From NCBI RefSeq assembly GCF_964213995.1, contig NC_135830.1:11408001-11472000 (forward strand): a stretch of 64,000 nucleotides of DNA. The letters are read 5' to 3'. The notes beneath the pieces are model-generated. The model worked only from the letters and a program-made list of their open reading frames with translations. It did no database searches and had not been told where the DNA came from. Numbering within the stretch: position 1 is the first letter of the stretch; every line of letters begins with the position of its first letter. Of this stretch, positions 25,980-37,951 are shown piece by piece. Made by a program: the position numbers and the translations under genes. Source of the DNA: Mustelus asterias. Taxonomy: Eukaryota.

Positions 25980-27320
25980 ATGCTGACACGACAGCGAACT
26001 CGCCATAGTGAGAGTCCGTTCATCTGCTCCGTGTGTGGAAAGAAGTTCATGTGTTCGTCCAACCTGCTGGCTCACCAACTCGATCACATTGATGAGGACC
26101 CTCTTCAAAGCTCTGACTCTGGGGACAGCGTTGAGACGCCTGAGGAACAGGTCCAACACCAGCTCCTTCACACTGACGAGAGACCGTTCAGTTGCTCCCA
26201 CTGCGGGAAGAGGTTCAGCCAGTCCTCTCGCCTTGCAGAGCACCAGCTCCTTCACACACACGAGAGACCGTTCAGCTGCTCTCACTGTGGGGAGTCATTC
26301 AGCGACTCAGTGCATCTCACTGAGCACCAACAAGTTCACACCAAGGACAGGCCATTCAGCTGCTCCCAGTGTGGGAAGAGATTCACTCAGTCCTCCCACT
26401 GCACTGAGCACCAGCTCATTCATTCTGATGAGAGAAGTTTTAAATGCTCAGAGTGTGAGAAGACCTTTAAAACGAACAATAGTCTCCTGAGACACCAATG
26501 CACTCACAGTGGGGAGAGGCCGTTCCCGTGCTCTGTGTGTGGGAAGAGATTCAATTATTCATTCCATCTTCTGAGGCACAAACTTGTTCACACGGGGGAG
26601 AAACCATTCACCTGCTCCGAGTGTGGGAATGGATACACTCGCTCATCTCACCTTGTGATTCACCAACGAATTCACACCGGAGAAAGGCCGTTCACCTGCT
26701 CCGAGTGTGGGAGGGGATTCACTCGTTCAACGCACCTTGTGATGCACAAGCGGATTCACATTGGGGAGAGGCCATTCTCTTGCTCTGTGTGTGGGAAGAG
26801 ATTCACTCAGTCATCCGCCCTGCGCACACACAAGCGAGTTCACACCGGGGAGAGGCCGTTCACCTGCTTCGTGTGTGGGAAGAGTTTCCCTCGTTTGTCC
26901 CATGTTGTGATACACGAGCGGGTTCACACCGGGGAGAGGCCGTACATTTGTCATGTGTGCGGGAGGGCCTTTACTTGTTTACACCACGTGCAGAAACACC
27001 AGCTTGTTCACACCGGGGAGAAGGCCTTCATCTGCTCCGTGTGTGGGAAGCGTTTCCCTGAGTCCTCCAGCCTCCAGAGACACGAACGTATCCACACTGG
27101 GGAGAAGCCCTTCACCTGCTGTGTGTGTGGGAAGGGATTTGTTCAGTCGTTCGACCTGGTTAAACACCGGCGAGTTCACACCAGGAAGAAGCTGCTCACC
27201 TGCTCTGTGTGTGAGAAGAGATTTACTCGGACATCCCGCCTGCTGAAACACCAGAAACTTCACATCTTACCGACAAAGCTGGACTCTGCTGTTGCTGCTG
27301 AGAATCACACCCAGAACTGA
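25980..27320 (+). CDS. C2H2 zinc-finger protein, 14 canonical + 1 degenerate finger
   Basis: Uninterrupted ORF; first ATG 25980; acceptor tattttgcag| at 25790. Confidence 0.88.
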   Translation: MLTRQRTRHSESPFICSVCGKKFMCSSNLLAHQLDHIDEDPLQSSDSGDSVETPEEQVQHQLLHTDERPFSCSHCGKRFSQSSRLAEHQLLHTHERPFSCSHCGESFSDSVHLTEHQQVHTKDRPFSCSQCGKRFTQSSHCTEHQLIHSDERSFKCSECEKTFKTNNSLLRHQCTHSGERPFPCSVCGKRFNYSFHLLRHKLVHTGEKPFTCSECGNGYTRSSHLVIHQRIHTGERPFTCSECGRGFTRSTHLVMHKRIHIGERPFSCSVCGKRFTQSSALRTHKRVHTGERPFTCFVCGKSFPRLSHVVIHERVHTGERPYICHVCGRAFTCLHHVQKHQLVHTGEKAFICSVCGKRFPESSSLQRHERIHTGEKPFTCCVCGKGFVQSFDLVKHRRVHTRKKLLTCSVCEKRFTRTSRLLKHQKLHILPTKLDSAVAAENHTQN

Positions 27321-27588
27321 ACCTTTTCTCCTTTCTAACTCGAGATTATTTCAGTCTCATACCTTCAGTTACTCTCATGGACAAGTCCCAGCTCCCCATA
27401 CCTACCAGAGTGTCTCTCCCAGCCTCGAGATCCAGGGAAGGTTTCGGTAACATTCCTGGGATCAATGAACACAAAACACAGTTTGTGAATCACTTTCAGC
27501 TACTGGGCTCAGTGTGTGTCTCACAGGATCTCACTCACCTTCTGTATGTGAATGGAATGTCATGTTTGCAAACCAGGTTTAAACTGAA

Positions 27589-28185
27589 TTTGATTTGATT
27601 TATTATAGTCACATGTATTAGTATTGTTTCTTGCACGCTATACAGACAAAGCATACCGTACATAGAGTACATAGGGGGAAAGGAATGATTTGATTTATTG
27701 TCACATGTATTGGGATACAGTGAAAAGCATTGTTTCTTGTGAACTATACAGACAAAGCATACTGTTCATAAAGTACAAAGGGGAGAAGGAAAGGAGAAGA
27801 TGTAGAATATAGTATTATAGTCATAACTAGGGTCTGGAGAAAGATCAGCTTAATACGTGATAGGATCATTCAAAAGTCTGATGGCAGCTGGGAAGAAGCT
27901 GTTCTTGAGTCGGTTGGTACGTGATCTCAGACTTTTGTAAGGTGGAAGAGAGAATATTCGAAGTGCGTGGGGTCCTTGATTATGCTGGCTGTTTTTCTGA
28001 GGCAGCGGGAAGTGTAGACAGTGTCAATGGATGGGAGGCTGGTTTGCGTGATGGACTGGACTACATTCCCAACTGTTTGTGGTTTATTGCGGTCTTGGTC
28101 AGAGCAGGAGCCATACCAAGCTGTGATATAACCAGAAAGAATGCTTTCTATGGTGCATCTGTAAAAATTGATGAGAGTCGTAGCC
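27589..28185 (-). mobile_element. Rex1/Babar LINE 3' fragment with duplicated tail
   Basis: Minus strand FYRCTIESILSGYITAWYG; two tandem (tttga)n-ttattgtcacatg tails. Confidence 0.8.
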
Positions 28186-29228
28186 TTTTAGATCAGAGCT
28201 GAGGAGAAGGGAGTTCTGAATCGACTGTATTATCTCTGTTCTCCAGATCGAATGACTATTTTAAAAATGTAATGGTATTTTCTTCAAGAAACACATTCAC
28301 AGCCCAAAGACTTAACTGCTGTGTAACTTACGTCAAAGATTCATAAAATTAAAGATACAACAATGGAAATATGTGACAATCCTGTAATAACAATAAACAA
28401 ATTGATCAGGTAACAGGAAAGTGTTGGACATGATATTAAAAGAAGGAACATTGAATTAAAGTTACAGACCAATACACCATTCCTATGTTACAGGCTCTGA
28501 AATGCATATAAATTTTATCATTTCAGTACTTCGTTGAGCACTGGAACCATGTGAGGAATTACTCTGTCTGTATTATTGCAGTGCAGTTAATAAAGTCAGT
28601 AAAAGACAATCGGTTGTTGGGAATTTGATTATCTGGTGTTTGAAACCACAAGATTCAATATTTAGAGTCAACAAGATGAACAAGGAAATACATCAGGGCC
28701 CAAAACTCCAGCTGGATATTCACAGGAGAAAGTCTGTTATTTAAAACCTCAAGTGGACAGAAGAAAAATCTCAACTAAAAACCCTCCAATCATTTGTAAA
28801 CATGTTTCAAATGCTGAGAGATTTCAACAGTGAGTTTCCATCACATTGAAGTCAATGGAAGGTGAGAGATGGTTCAAGGTTCCAGTTAGAAATGTAACTT
28901 GATGTTTCCATTGCCTTACATTGGTAGATTCAGGAATTCACACTAACATTTTAAATCTCTACTTTTTTCAGACTGGAAACTTAAACCTGCCGTTTCACTC
29001 AGTCAGGAACAGATCCCAGTTTTACACCAACCTCTGATTTGACAGCACGTTTCCAGCAATCACCGTTGTTCTTCCTGACTCTAAACACAGTTGTAAAGGA
29101 GCCTCTGTTCCATGTCTAGGAGCTCTGAAACATGGAAGAGAGCGGCTGGGACACATTTCTTACACACCTCAGGATTTACCCACATGTTCAATCCTAACTG
29201 CAGCATTAGCCAAATCCAACTCCTGCAC

Positions 29229-30271
29229 TCATTTGTGAACTCGCTGGTGTCTCAGTAGGTTGGATGATGGAGTGAGTCCCTTTCCCACACACAGAGCAGG
29301 CGAATGCACCCTCCTCAGTGTGAACTTGCTCATACACCAGCAGCTCAGATGAGTCAGCAAATTCCTTCCCTCACCTGGAGCATCTGAACAGCCTCTCCCC
29401 GGAATGAACTTGCTGGTGTGCCGACAGACTGGATAACTGAGTAAATCCATCTCCACAAATGGAGAAGGTGAAAGTTCTCTCCTCAGTGTGACTGTGTTGA
29501 TCATTTCCCAGTTGAAACGGGTAAATGAATCCCATCCCTCAATCCCCATATGTCCATGCTTTCTCCATGGTGCTGGTGTCCTTGTGTCTCTCCAGGTTGG
29601 ATGATCAGTCAAAGCTTCATCCACACACACAACACGCATACAGTCTCTCCTCGCTGTGAATGCTGTGATGTATTTTCAGGATGTGTAACCGGTTAAAGCT
29701 CTTTCCACACTCCGTTCACTGGAACACTCTCACTCGGGTGTGTCTGTGTCTCGGTGCTTTTCCAGTCACACTGATATTTGAAATAGGGCGGCACGGTAGC
29801 ACAGTGGTTAGCACTGCTGCTTCACAGCTCCAGGGACCTGGGTTCGATTCCCGGCTTGGGTCACTGTCTGTGTGGAGTTTGCACATTCTCCTCGTGTCTG
29901 CGTGGGTTTCCTCCGGGTGCTCCGGTTTCCTCCCACAGTCCAAAGATGTGCTGGTTAGGTTGATTGGCAATGCTAAAAATTGCCACTTAGAGTCCTGAGA
30001 TGCGTAGGTTAGAGGGATTAGCGGGTAAATATGTGGGGGTAGGGCCTGGGTGGGATTATGGTCGGTGCAGAGTCGATGGGCCAAATGGCCTCCTTCTGCA
30101 CTGTAGGGTTTCTATGAAATCTTTTCCCACAGACAGAACAAACAAACATTTCCCCTTCCACATTGAAAGGTTAATGATATTCAGGTCCTGATGAATCGAG
30201 TGATTCTGTTAGATCTCAATGTGATGTTTGGCTATAAGTTCCCTCCCTGTAAATCATCCCCTGCTAATACC
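29229..30271 (-). pseudogene. ZNF pseudogene interrupted by SINE
   Basis: Leader and MEK-type fingers with lost Cys/frameshifts; acceptor cccag| at 30272. Confidence 0.8.
29785..30114 (+). mobile_element. HE1-type V-SINE, full length, young
   Basis: A/B boxes, V-domain, tail; TSD tgaaat 29779-29784 / 30115-30120. Confidence 0.95.
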
Positions 30272-30644
30272 CTGGGAATAGAGCTCAGAAGAATCATCAA
30301 CAACCAGCCTCTTGTGCTGTTTGGGTTTCTGTTTCTCTTCCTGTACAATGTAACCCTGCCCTCATGTTCTACAGACATCCATTTCCCAAACACTGATCTG
30401 CTCGAGGGGGTTCCACCAACCCAAATGTCTGCCTCTGTACCAGGGTTAAATTCACGGCTGGGTGGCCTTGGAAAGGGAGCACGTGGTGTCCACTGCCACT
30501 GCCAGGCCTTCCATGACTGGTAGGCACTTGTGGGGTCTGGGCTGCATCATCAATCCCGGCCCCCCAGTAATGACATTTTAGTCTCATTAGTTACCTTTCA
30601 CCCTCATTCTGTTTCATGTCAAAGAATCATAGAATCCGTACAGT

Positions 30645-30936
30645 GCAGGAGGCCATCGGCCCATCGAGTCTGCACCGACCACAATCCCACCCAAGCCCTA
30701 TTCCCGTAACCCCACATATTTACTCTCCTAATCCCCCTGACACTAGGGTCAATTTAGCATGGCCAGTCAACCGATTCTGCACATCTTTGGACTGTGGGAG
30801 GAAACCAGAGCACGCGGAGGAAACCCACACAGCCACGGGGAGAACATGCAAACTCCACACAGACAGTGACCCAAGGCCAGAACTGAACCCAGGTCCCTGG
30901 CGCTGTGAGGCAGCAGTGCTAACCACTGTGCTGCCC
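30645..30936 (-). mobile_element. HE1-type V-SINE
   Basis: Reverse complement of HE1-type consensus seen elsewhere in window. Confidence 0.9.
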
Positions 30937-31549
30937 ATTTACTTTTGGTTTATATTAAACAACATTTTAATTAATTTTGATACATTTTCTTTGAAGTTCT
31001 GTCTTTTTGTTACAATGATGTTTTGAGGAGATTTCACTTGTTAATTAGTTTATTTGTTTTCCTGGTATAAAAAACAGAACACAGATCAGAGACCTCACTG
31101 ACTTCAACCCAAAGTGGAACCACAGGAAGAGGAGACTCCACAAACATCCCTATTCTCAATGATGGGTCCAGCACATCAAGACTGGGTTTTGTGTTTACTG
31201 AGGCCGAGTGTGTTATCACTACCTTCACTGATTCCCCAGGTGAGGAGAGATGCTCTGGAGGGTCTGGGTCCAAGAGAATAGCTGAAGGTCCGCAACTGAA
31301 ATGATCCAGACAGTGAGAAAGGAGAAAAGAAATACTCACAAATGGAGCAGTCAGTAACAGGATATCGAATAATCTCCTTTTATCCTGGAGAAATGAAGGA
31401 CCCGACTGTGTGTCTGAAATAATATTAGTTCATTTGACACACATCGGATACTAAACTGCAGCAAGTTATGGAGATTATTAACATCAGCATGAAGAAACTC
31501 CAGCTCTCAGGCTGAACATGTTTCAGGCTTGGATGTGATTAATCTGGAA

Positions 31550-31790
31550 TTAAAAGTCAACTGATGACCACGAAACCATTGACAATTGTCGGAAAAACCC
31601 ATCTGGATCACTAATGTCCTTTAGGGAAGGAAATCTGCCGCCCTTACCTGGTCTGGCCTACATGTGATTCCAGAGCCACAGCAATGTGGTTGACTCTGAG
31701 ATGGCCTCTGCAATGGAGGGTAATTAGGGATGGGCGATAAATGCTCGGCCCAGTCAGCGACCCTCATGTTCTGTAAAATGAATTTTTAAA
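31550..31790 (+). mobile_element. Second SINE-like family (unidentified), 3' part
   Basis: cctttagggaaggaaatctgcc...ttagggatgggc.ataaatgct; reverse copy at 57893-58180, fragments at ~10380-10510, 22630-22760. Confidence 0.65.
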
Positions 31791-31817
31791 GATAACAGCA
31801 GAATCCAAATCCTTCTG

Positions 31818-32842
31818 TCATTTGTGAACTTTCTGGTGTCTCAAAAGGTGGGATGAGTGGATGAATGTCTTCCCACAGTCAGAGCAAAGGAATGGCCTCT
31901 CCCCAGTGTGAACTCGCTGGTGTGTCAGAAGATTGGCTGAATGAATGAATCCTTTTCCACACGTGGAGCAGGTGAACGACCTCTTCCCAGTGTGAACTCG
32001 CTGGTGTTTCTGGAGGCTGGATGACAGAGTGAATCCTGTCCCACACACTGTGCATCTGAATGGCCTCTCCCCATTGTGAACTCGCTGATGTGTCAGCAGG
32101 TCAGTTGTGGTTCTATAAGTCTTCTCACACTCAGAGCATTTGAAAAGTCTTTTATCCGTGTGAACCAGTTGGTGTTTAGCGAGGTGGGATGATCGTGCAA
32201 ATGCCTTCTCACACACAGCACAGGTGAATGGCCTCTCCCCAGTGTGAACTCACTGGTGTATCAGCAATTCACTTGTGGTTTTATATCTCTTCTCACATTC
32301 AGTACATTTGAAAGGTCTGTTATCAGTGTGAACCAGACAATGTGTAGTAAGGTAGGATAATCGTGTGAATCCCTTCCCACACACACAGCAGGTGAATGGC
32401 CTCTCCCCAGTGTGAGTGCATTCATGTTCGATGAGGTTCTGTGATCGTATGAACCCCCTCCCACAGTGAGAGCAACTGAACTGTCTCTCAGTGTGAACAA
32501 CCTGGTGCGTGACCAGGTCCTCCGAGCTTTCAAAGCTGCTTTCACAGTCCGAGCGGTTTAACAGCCTCTCATCAAGATGAACTTGCTGGTGTGACAGCAA
32601 GTGGGATGACCGAATGAATCCCTTCCCACACATGGAGCAGGTGAATGGTCTCTCCCCAGTGTGACTTCGTCAATTATGTTTAAGCTGGGAAGGGTAACTG
32701 AACCCCTTTCCATACTCCCCACATTTCCAAAGTTTCTCCATGGTGTCGGTGTTCTTGTGTCTCTCCATTTTGGATGATCAGTTGAAACCTCGTCCACACA
32801 CAGAACACATGTACAGTTTCTCCCCGCTGTGAATGGTGTAAT
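31818..32842 (-). pseudogene. ZNF pseudogene with in-frame TGA stops, fused directly to promoter cassette
   Basis: ORFs 32250..32633 and 31818..32216 in one frame separated by HQ*VH; further stop upstream. Confidence 0.8.
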
Positions 32843-32972
32843 GCTCCTCATCACAATGCCCGGGGGACTCATTGACTGCTGCTTCGAACCAATAGGAAGA
32901 GGGGGTGGGCCTGGAGGACCGAGCGGGAGCAGCTAGTCCTCCAACCAATCAGAGTGAATGAGGGGCAGCACT
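32841..32972 (-). promoter_or_regulatory. Promoter cassette copy (reverse orientation, CpG-decayed)
   Basis: Reverse complement of 49890-50015. Confidence 0.75.
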
Positions 32973-33170
32973 GAGCCTGGTTCCCCTTCAAAACCAGACA
33001 ATGCTGGAAAGTCTCAGCAGGTCTGACAGCTTCTGTGGAGAGAGAATAGAGCCAATGTTTCCAGTCTGGATGAGCCTTCATCAGAGCCTCATTGGCTGAA
33101 ACTGCATAATTTTGAAAGCTGCTTTGTGTCAAACACCAGGAGAAAACTGGACCTTTCTGTTTGTGCCTTT

Positions 33171-33293
33171 AAACAGATGGAGCCCTGTGGGTGCGGAGCA
33201 AACAGATGGAGCCCTGTGGGTGTGGAGCAAACAGATGGAGCCCTGTGGGTGCGGAGCAAACAGATGGAGCCCTGTGGGTGTGAAGCAAACAGA
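33171..33293. repeat. 29-bp minisatellite, ~4.2 units
   Basis: Unit aaacagatggagccctgtgggtgcggagc. Confidence 0.95.
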
Positions 33294-33909
33294 TCAACAT
33301 TTGTCACTGAGATGTGGAAGCATGAGAGTAATTCACAACAATTAAAGGCTGATTTAATGGAATAACTGGGCAGACAGGGAATATCACAATTATTCATAGA
33401 ATGACAATAGAATCCTACAATGCAGAAGGAGGCCATTCAACCCATCAAGTCTGCACTGACTCCCCAACAGAGCATCTTACCCAGGCCCATCGAGAGTCTC
33501 CAGATATTACCCCTCCCGCCTGGTAGAGATATCACCTCAGCTCAGGATTTTAATCCAAGGACCCTCACGATGACTATTACACGGAAGTGATGATAATTAC
33601 TCAGACTACTTCTTATGCCGTTTGCAACAAATTGGAGACCAAATGCCGGGAGAAACATTAAATTTTAGGGACAAACTCATCAGCATCATGTTACTCTCCA
33701 CCTGTGTGGCAATCAGAATGCCAAAATGTCCTACTTCACCATCTTTGATATGGACAGGATCTTGGTGTGACATCACCATCGTTGATACAGCCAGAATGAA
33801 CTGTTGTGGATGCTAGTTATGCTTGTCCGCAGTCTCACCATCTTTGCAGAATGGCCCTGTGTCGGCTTCACAGCCATCCTGGGACAGTGAAGAGTTTGCA
33901 CAGCCTTTA

Positions 33910-35462
33910 GCTGGGGTCTTGAGAGAAATCTTTGTATCCTCACTGGCTACAGGGGAGGTCCCAGAGGACTGGAGAATCACCAATGTTGTTTAAGATGGGT
34001 AGCAAGAATAATCCAGGTAATTACAGGCCAGTGAGCCTTACATCAGTGGTAGAGAAATTATTGAAGAGGATTCTTCGAGACAGGATTTATTCCCACTTGG
34101 AAATAAATGGATGTATTAGTGAGAGGCAACATGGTTTTGTGAAGGGGAGGTCGTGTCTCACGAACTTGATCGAGTTTTTCGAGGAAGTGACAAAGATGAT
34201 TGATGAGAGTAGGGCAGTGGATGTTGTCTACATGGACTTCAGTAAGGCCTTTGACAAGGTCCCCCATGGGAGACTGGTGCAGAAGGTGAAGTCGCATGGG
34301 ATCAGATGTAAGCTGGCAAGGTGGATACAAAACTAGCTCGGTCACAGAAGACATAGGGTAGCAGTGGCAAGGTGTGTTTCTGAATGGGGGGCTGTGACAA
34401 GTGGTGTTCCTCAGGGATCAGTGCTGGGACCTTTGCTGTTTGTAATGTATATAAATGATTTGGAGGAAAATGTAAGTGGTTTGATTAGTAAGTTTGTGGA
34501 CGACACAAAAGTTGGTGGATTTGTGTATAGCGATGAGGACCATCAGAGGGTACAGCAGGATATAAGTCAGTTGGAGACTTGGGTGGAGAGATGGCAGATG
34601 GAGTTTAATCCGGACAAATGTGAGGTAATGCATTTTGGAAGGCCTAATACAGATAGGAATTATACAGTAAATGGCAGAACCCTTAAGAGTATTGACAGGC
34701 AAAGGGATCTGGGTGTACAGGTACACAGGTCACTGAAAGTGGCAATGCAGGTGGAGAAGGTAGTCAAGAAGGCATACAGCATGCTTGCCTTCATCGGCCA
34801 GGGCATTGAGTTTAAAAATTGGCAAGTGATATTGCAGCTTTATAGATCTTAGTTAAGCCGCACTTGGAATATAGTGTTCAATTCTGGTTGCCACACTACT
34901 GGAAGGCCGCACTTGGAATGTATGGTCAATTCTGGTCGCCACACTACCAGAAGGATGTGGAGGCTTTGGAGAGGGTACAGAAAAGATTTACCAGGATGTT
35001 GCCTGATATGGAGGGCATTAGCTATGAGGAGATGTTGGAGAAACTTGGTTTGTTCTCACTGGAGCGACGGAGGTTGAGGGGAGACCTGATAGAAGTCTAC
35101 AAGATTATGAGAGGCATGGACAGAGTGGATAGTCAGAAGCTTTTTCCCAGGGTGGAAGAGTCAATTACTAGGGGGCATAGGTTTAAGGTGCGAGGGGCAA
35201 GGTTTAAAGGAGATGTGCAAGGCAGATTTTTTAGACAGAGGGTGGTGGGTGCCTGGAACACATTGCCGGGGAAGGCAGTAGAAGCGAATACGGTCGTGAG
35301 TTTTAAGGGGCGTCTTGACAAATACATGAATAGGATGGGAATAGAGGGATATGGTCCCCGGAAGGGTAGGGGGTTTTAGTTAAGTCAGGCAGCATGGTCG
35401 GTGCAGGCTTGGAGGGCCGAAGGGCCTGTTCCTGTGCTGTAATTTTCTTTTTTCTTTGTTCA
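33910..35462 (+). mobile_element. CR1, 5'-truncated, with internal ~49-bp tandem duplication near 34857-34953
   Basis: RT ORF pieces 33932..34336, 34364..34852, 34864..35379 and 3' tail. Confidence 0.92.
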
Positions 35463-35931
35463 TTCAAGACCAATCCACTAACTGTCCCATTGGCGATTCT
35501 GATTGGGATGATCTCTGAGGCTAAACTGGACTGATCGCAAACCTCCACCTTTTTGTTCCAAAACTGTATTCCCAAACTCCCATGTCCCCATTAAAATTAC
35601 CTACTTCCACCTCCATAATATCATCCATCTCCATCTTTGCCTCAGCTCTGTTGTTGATGCCTTCATTGTGTATCTATTATCTCGAGACTGATGTATATTC
35701 CATCACATATATGGCTGACCTCCCATCCATATCCCTCCATCATCAGCATGTCATCCACTTGCACAAGTCCTGTTCACCCATCACCCCTTTGCTCATTGAT
35801 CTAAATTGACCATTGGTACAGTTATGCCTCTGTTTTAATATTGTCACTCTGTTCAATTCCCTGCATTATCCCTGTAAACCTTTGTAGATCGCCTGATCCC
35901 TGCAATCCTCCCAATTTCGTGTGTTCCTTCC

Positions 35932-36260
35932 CGGGTGGCACAGTGCCTCACAGCTCTAGGGACCCAGTTCAATTCTGGTCTTGGGTCATTGTCTGTGCGG
36001 AGTTTGTATGTCCTCCCTGTGTCTGCGTGGGTTTCCTCCGGATGCTCTGGTTTTCTCCCACAGTCCAAAGATGTGCCGGTTAGGTGAATTTGCCATGCTA
36101 AATTGCCCCTTAGTGTCCCAAAATGTGTAGCTTAGATGGATTAGCCATGGGAAAGGTGTGGGGTTACGGGGATTGGGTGGGGGAGATGGCCTGGTTAAGA
36201 TGCTCTGTCAGAGAGTCAGTGCAGACTCAGTGGCCTCTTCTGCACTGTAGGGATTCTATG
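35932..36260 (+). mobile_element. HE1-type V-SINE following an L2 remnant (~35590-35930)
   Basis: V-domain and CR1-type tail. Confidence 0.85.
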
Positions 36261-36463
36261 AGGAGGCTGATATTTGGGGATTGCAAGCTGATCTGTGGGT
36301 CAAATGGGAAAAACGGTTGTGAGTTCTCTGGTTCAGCCCCAGGCACTGGCGAGGAGAAGGATGGAGTTTTTGGCTAGGGGACAGAGTCTGTGTCTGACAC
36401 AGAATATAAAAGCTTCATTCTTCCCAGTGTTTGATCTGAGATTTCTGTTACTCAGGAAATATG

Positions 36464-36582
36464 ATGTGGAGATGCCGGCGTTGGACTGGGGTAAACCCAG
36501 GGGCTTGGAGCTCCGAAAGCTTGTGTGTCTTTTGCTACCAAATAAACCTGTTGGACTTTAACCTGGTGTTGTTAAATTTCTG
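36464..36582 (+). mobile_element. Short Penelope terminal-repeat insert with inverted 5' segment
   Basis: 14-bp direct flank actcaggaaatatg (36450-36463 / 36583-36596); matches 13039-13130. Confidence 0.8.
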
Positions 36583-36855
36583 ACTCAGGAAATATGTCAG
36601 ACGCTCAATGTGAGAATTCAGAGTCAGTGGAGAGGGTCAGGAGAAGTGATGTTGAGGGAGAGCTGGCTGTCAAACCCACTTCACTGATGGAGATTCTGAT
36701 CACTGCTCTGAACACCTCCTTCTTTGGCTCGGTAAACACTTGTTCTGTCTGATGTTGTACACACGTGATATCCCTCGGGAGATTTTGTTTCTTTAACTCT
36801 ATTGTTGAGGGTTTTATGTGGATGGTTCCGGTGTGGGAGGGTGGATTTTATTGTT

Positions 36856-36940
36856 CCCGCCCACTGAATACCTCGTCAGAACCGGGAACTGAAAGTGAAA
36901 GTGAGGAGCTAAGATTCCCGCCGGCTCTAATATAGAGTGT
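36856..36940 (+). promoter_or_regulatory. Putative promoter of the BTB gene: GC box, ISRE/IRF-E, TATA-like
   Basis: cccgccc 36856-36862; gaactgaaagtgaaagtga 36886-36904; taatatag 36928-36935; donor cag|gtaagg at 37009/37010. Confidence 0.6.
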
Positions 36941-37019
36941 TGCCGATTCAAACGTTCAAATCATTGGTGAGAACTCAGCACTTTACTGTAACATTTTTCG
37001 GTAATACAGGTAAGGAGCG

Positions 37020-37272
37020 GGAGAAACAGAGAGATTGCAAGAGACAGGGATAGGGAGAGCTGGAGTCACCGAGAGAGACAGAAAAGGGAGAGGGGGTAAG
37101 ACACTAAACAGGAAGTAGAGCGGGAGAGAGGCAAATACATAGAAGAAGGTAGAGATAAAAAGAGGGAGAGACAGAGAAAGAGACAAGAGAGGCAGATAGA
37201 GGGATGGGAAGAGCGGTAGAGACATAAAGCACTTGAAAGAGACAATCAGAGAACAGGAGAGACAGAGAGAGG
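37020..37272. repeat. Purine-rich (GA) low-complexity tract
   Basis: Almost only A/G. Confidence 0.85.
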
Positions 37273-37951
37273 GAATCAATCTTATATCAGTCAGGAGGAT
37301 TGAAATTATTCCTTGTTGTACAGGAGGCCAGATTGATCACTCTTCGTTGAGTGAGCCGCGATTTTTATTTAAACATTCTCATGAAACTCCACTGTACCTT
37401 CCAAGGCCAATATATTCTTCTTGTGTTGCAATGCCCAGGATTGAACATAGTCCTCTTGGTGGAGTGGAACCAGATCTCCATATCACTGAAGCACAATGTC
37501 AAACATTTGTATTCCAGCTCCAACAATCCATTATCTTTTAAAATATTTTTCTTTTCTATCTGTCAAGTAGATTTGGATTCTTAAATCACTGTTCATCCAT
37601 TCCTAGTTTCCCACCATTCAGAATGGAGTTCCCTCCACTAAAGTTTGATCCGATCACTTAAGCTGTCAATGCCCCTTTGCAACTTTCTCCAATTTTCTGA
37701 TCCCATCTATATTACTTATTTTACCACCTTACTTAATGTCATCAGCAAACTTAGATATGTGTCTCTTTAGTCTTTCACCTGACTTGTTTATAAATGTAGT
37801 GAATAGTTGAGGCCCCAGTACAGATCCCTGGCAGAGGGCTAGCCTGAGGGGGCTCCGTCAGTCACATTCTGCTCTCCATTGGTATCCATTATCCCTGCTC
37901 ACTGTCTCCTTCCTCCTAATCAGTTATTGACTGTTTGCATTTCACTGACAG

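Noticed and set aside
26008-27263. Overlapping alternative-frame and antisense ORFs in ZNF and CR1 regions
   Set aside because: Shadow frames of repetitive coding sequence
29785-29860. tRNA gene
   Set aside because: A/B boxes are the tRNA-derived head of a SINE continuing into V-domain and tail; same for other copies
33490-33909. Coding-like unique segment before CR1
   Set aside because: Stops in all plus frames examined and no recognisable homology
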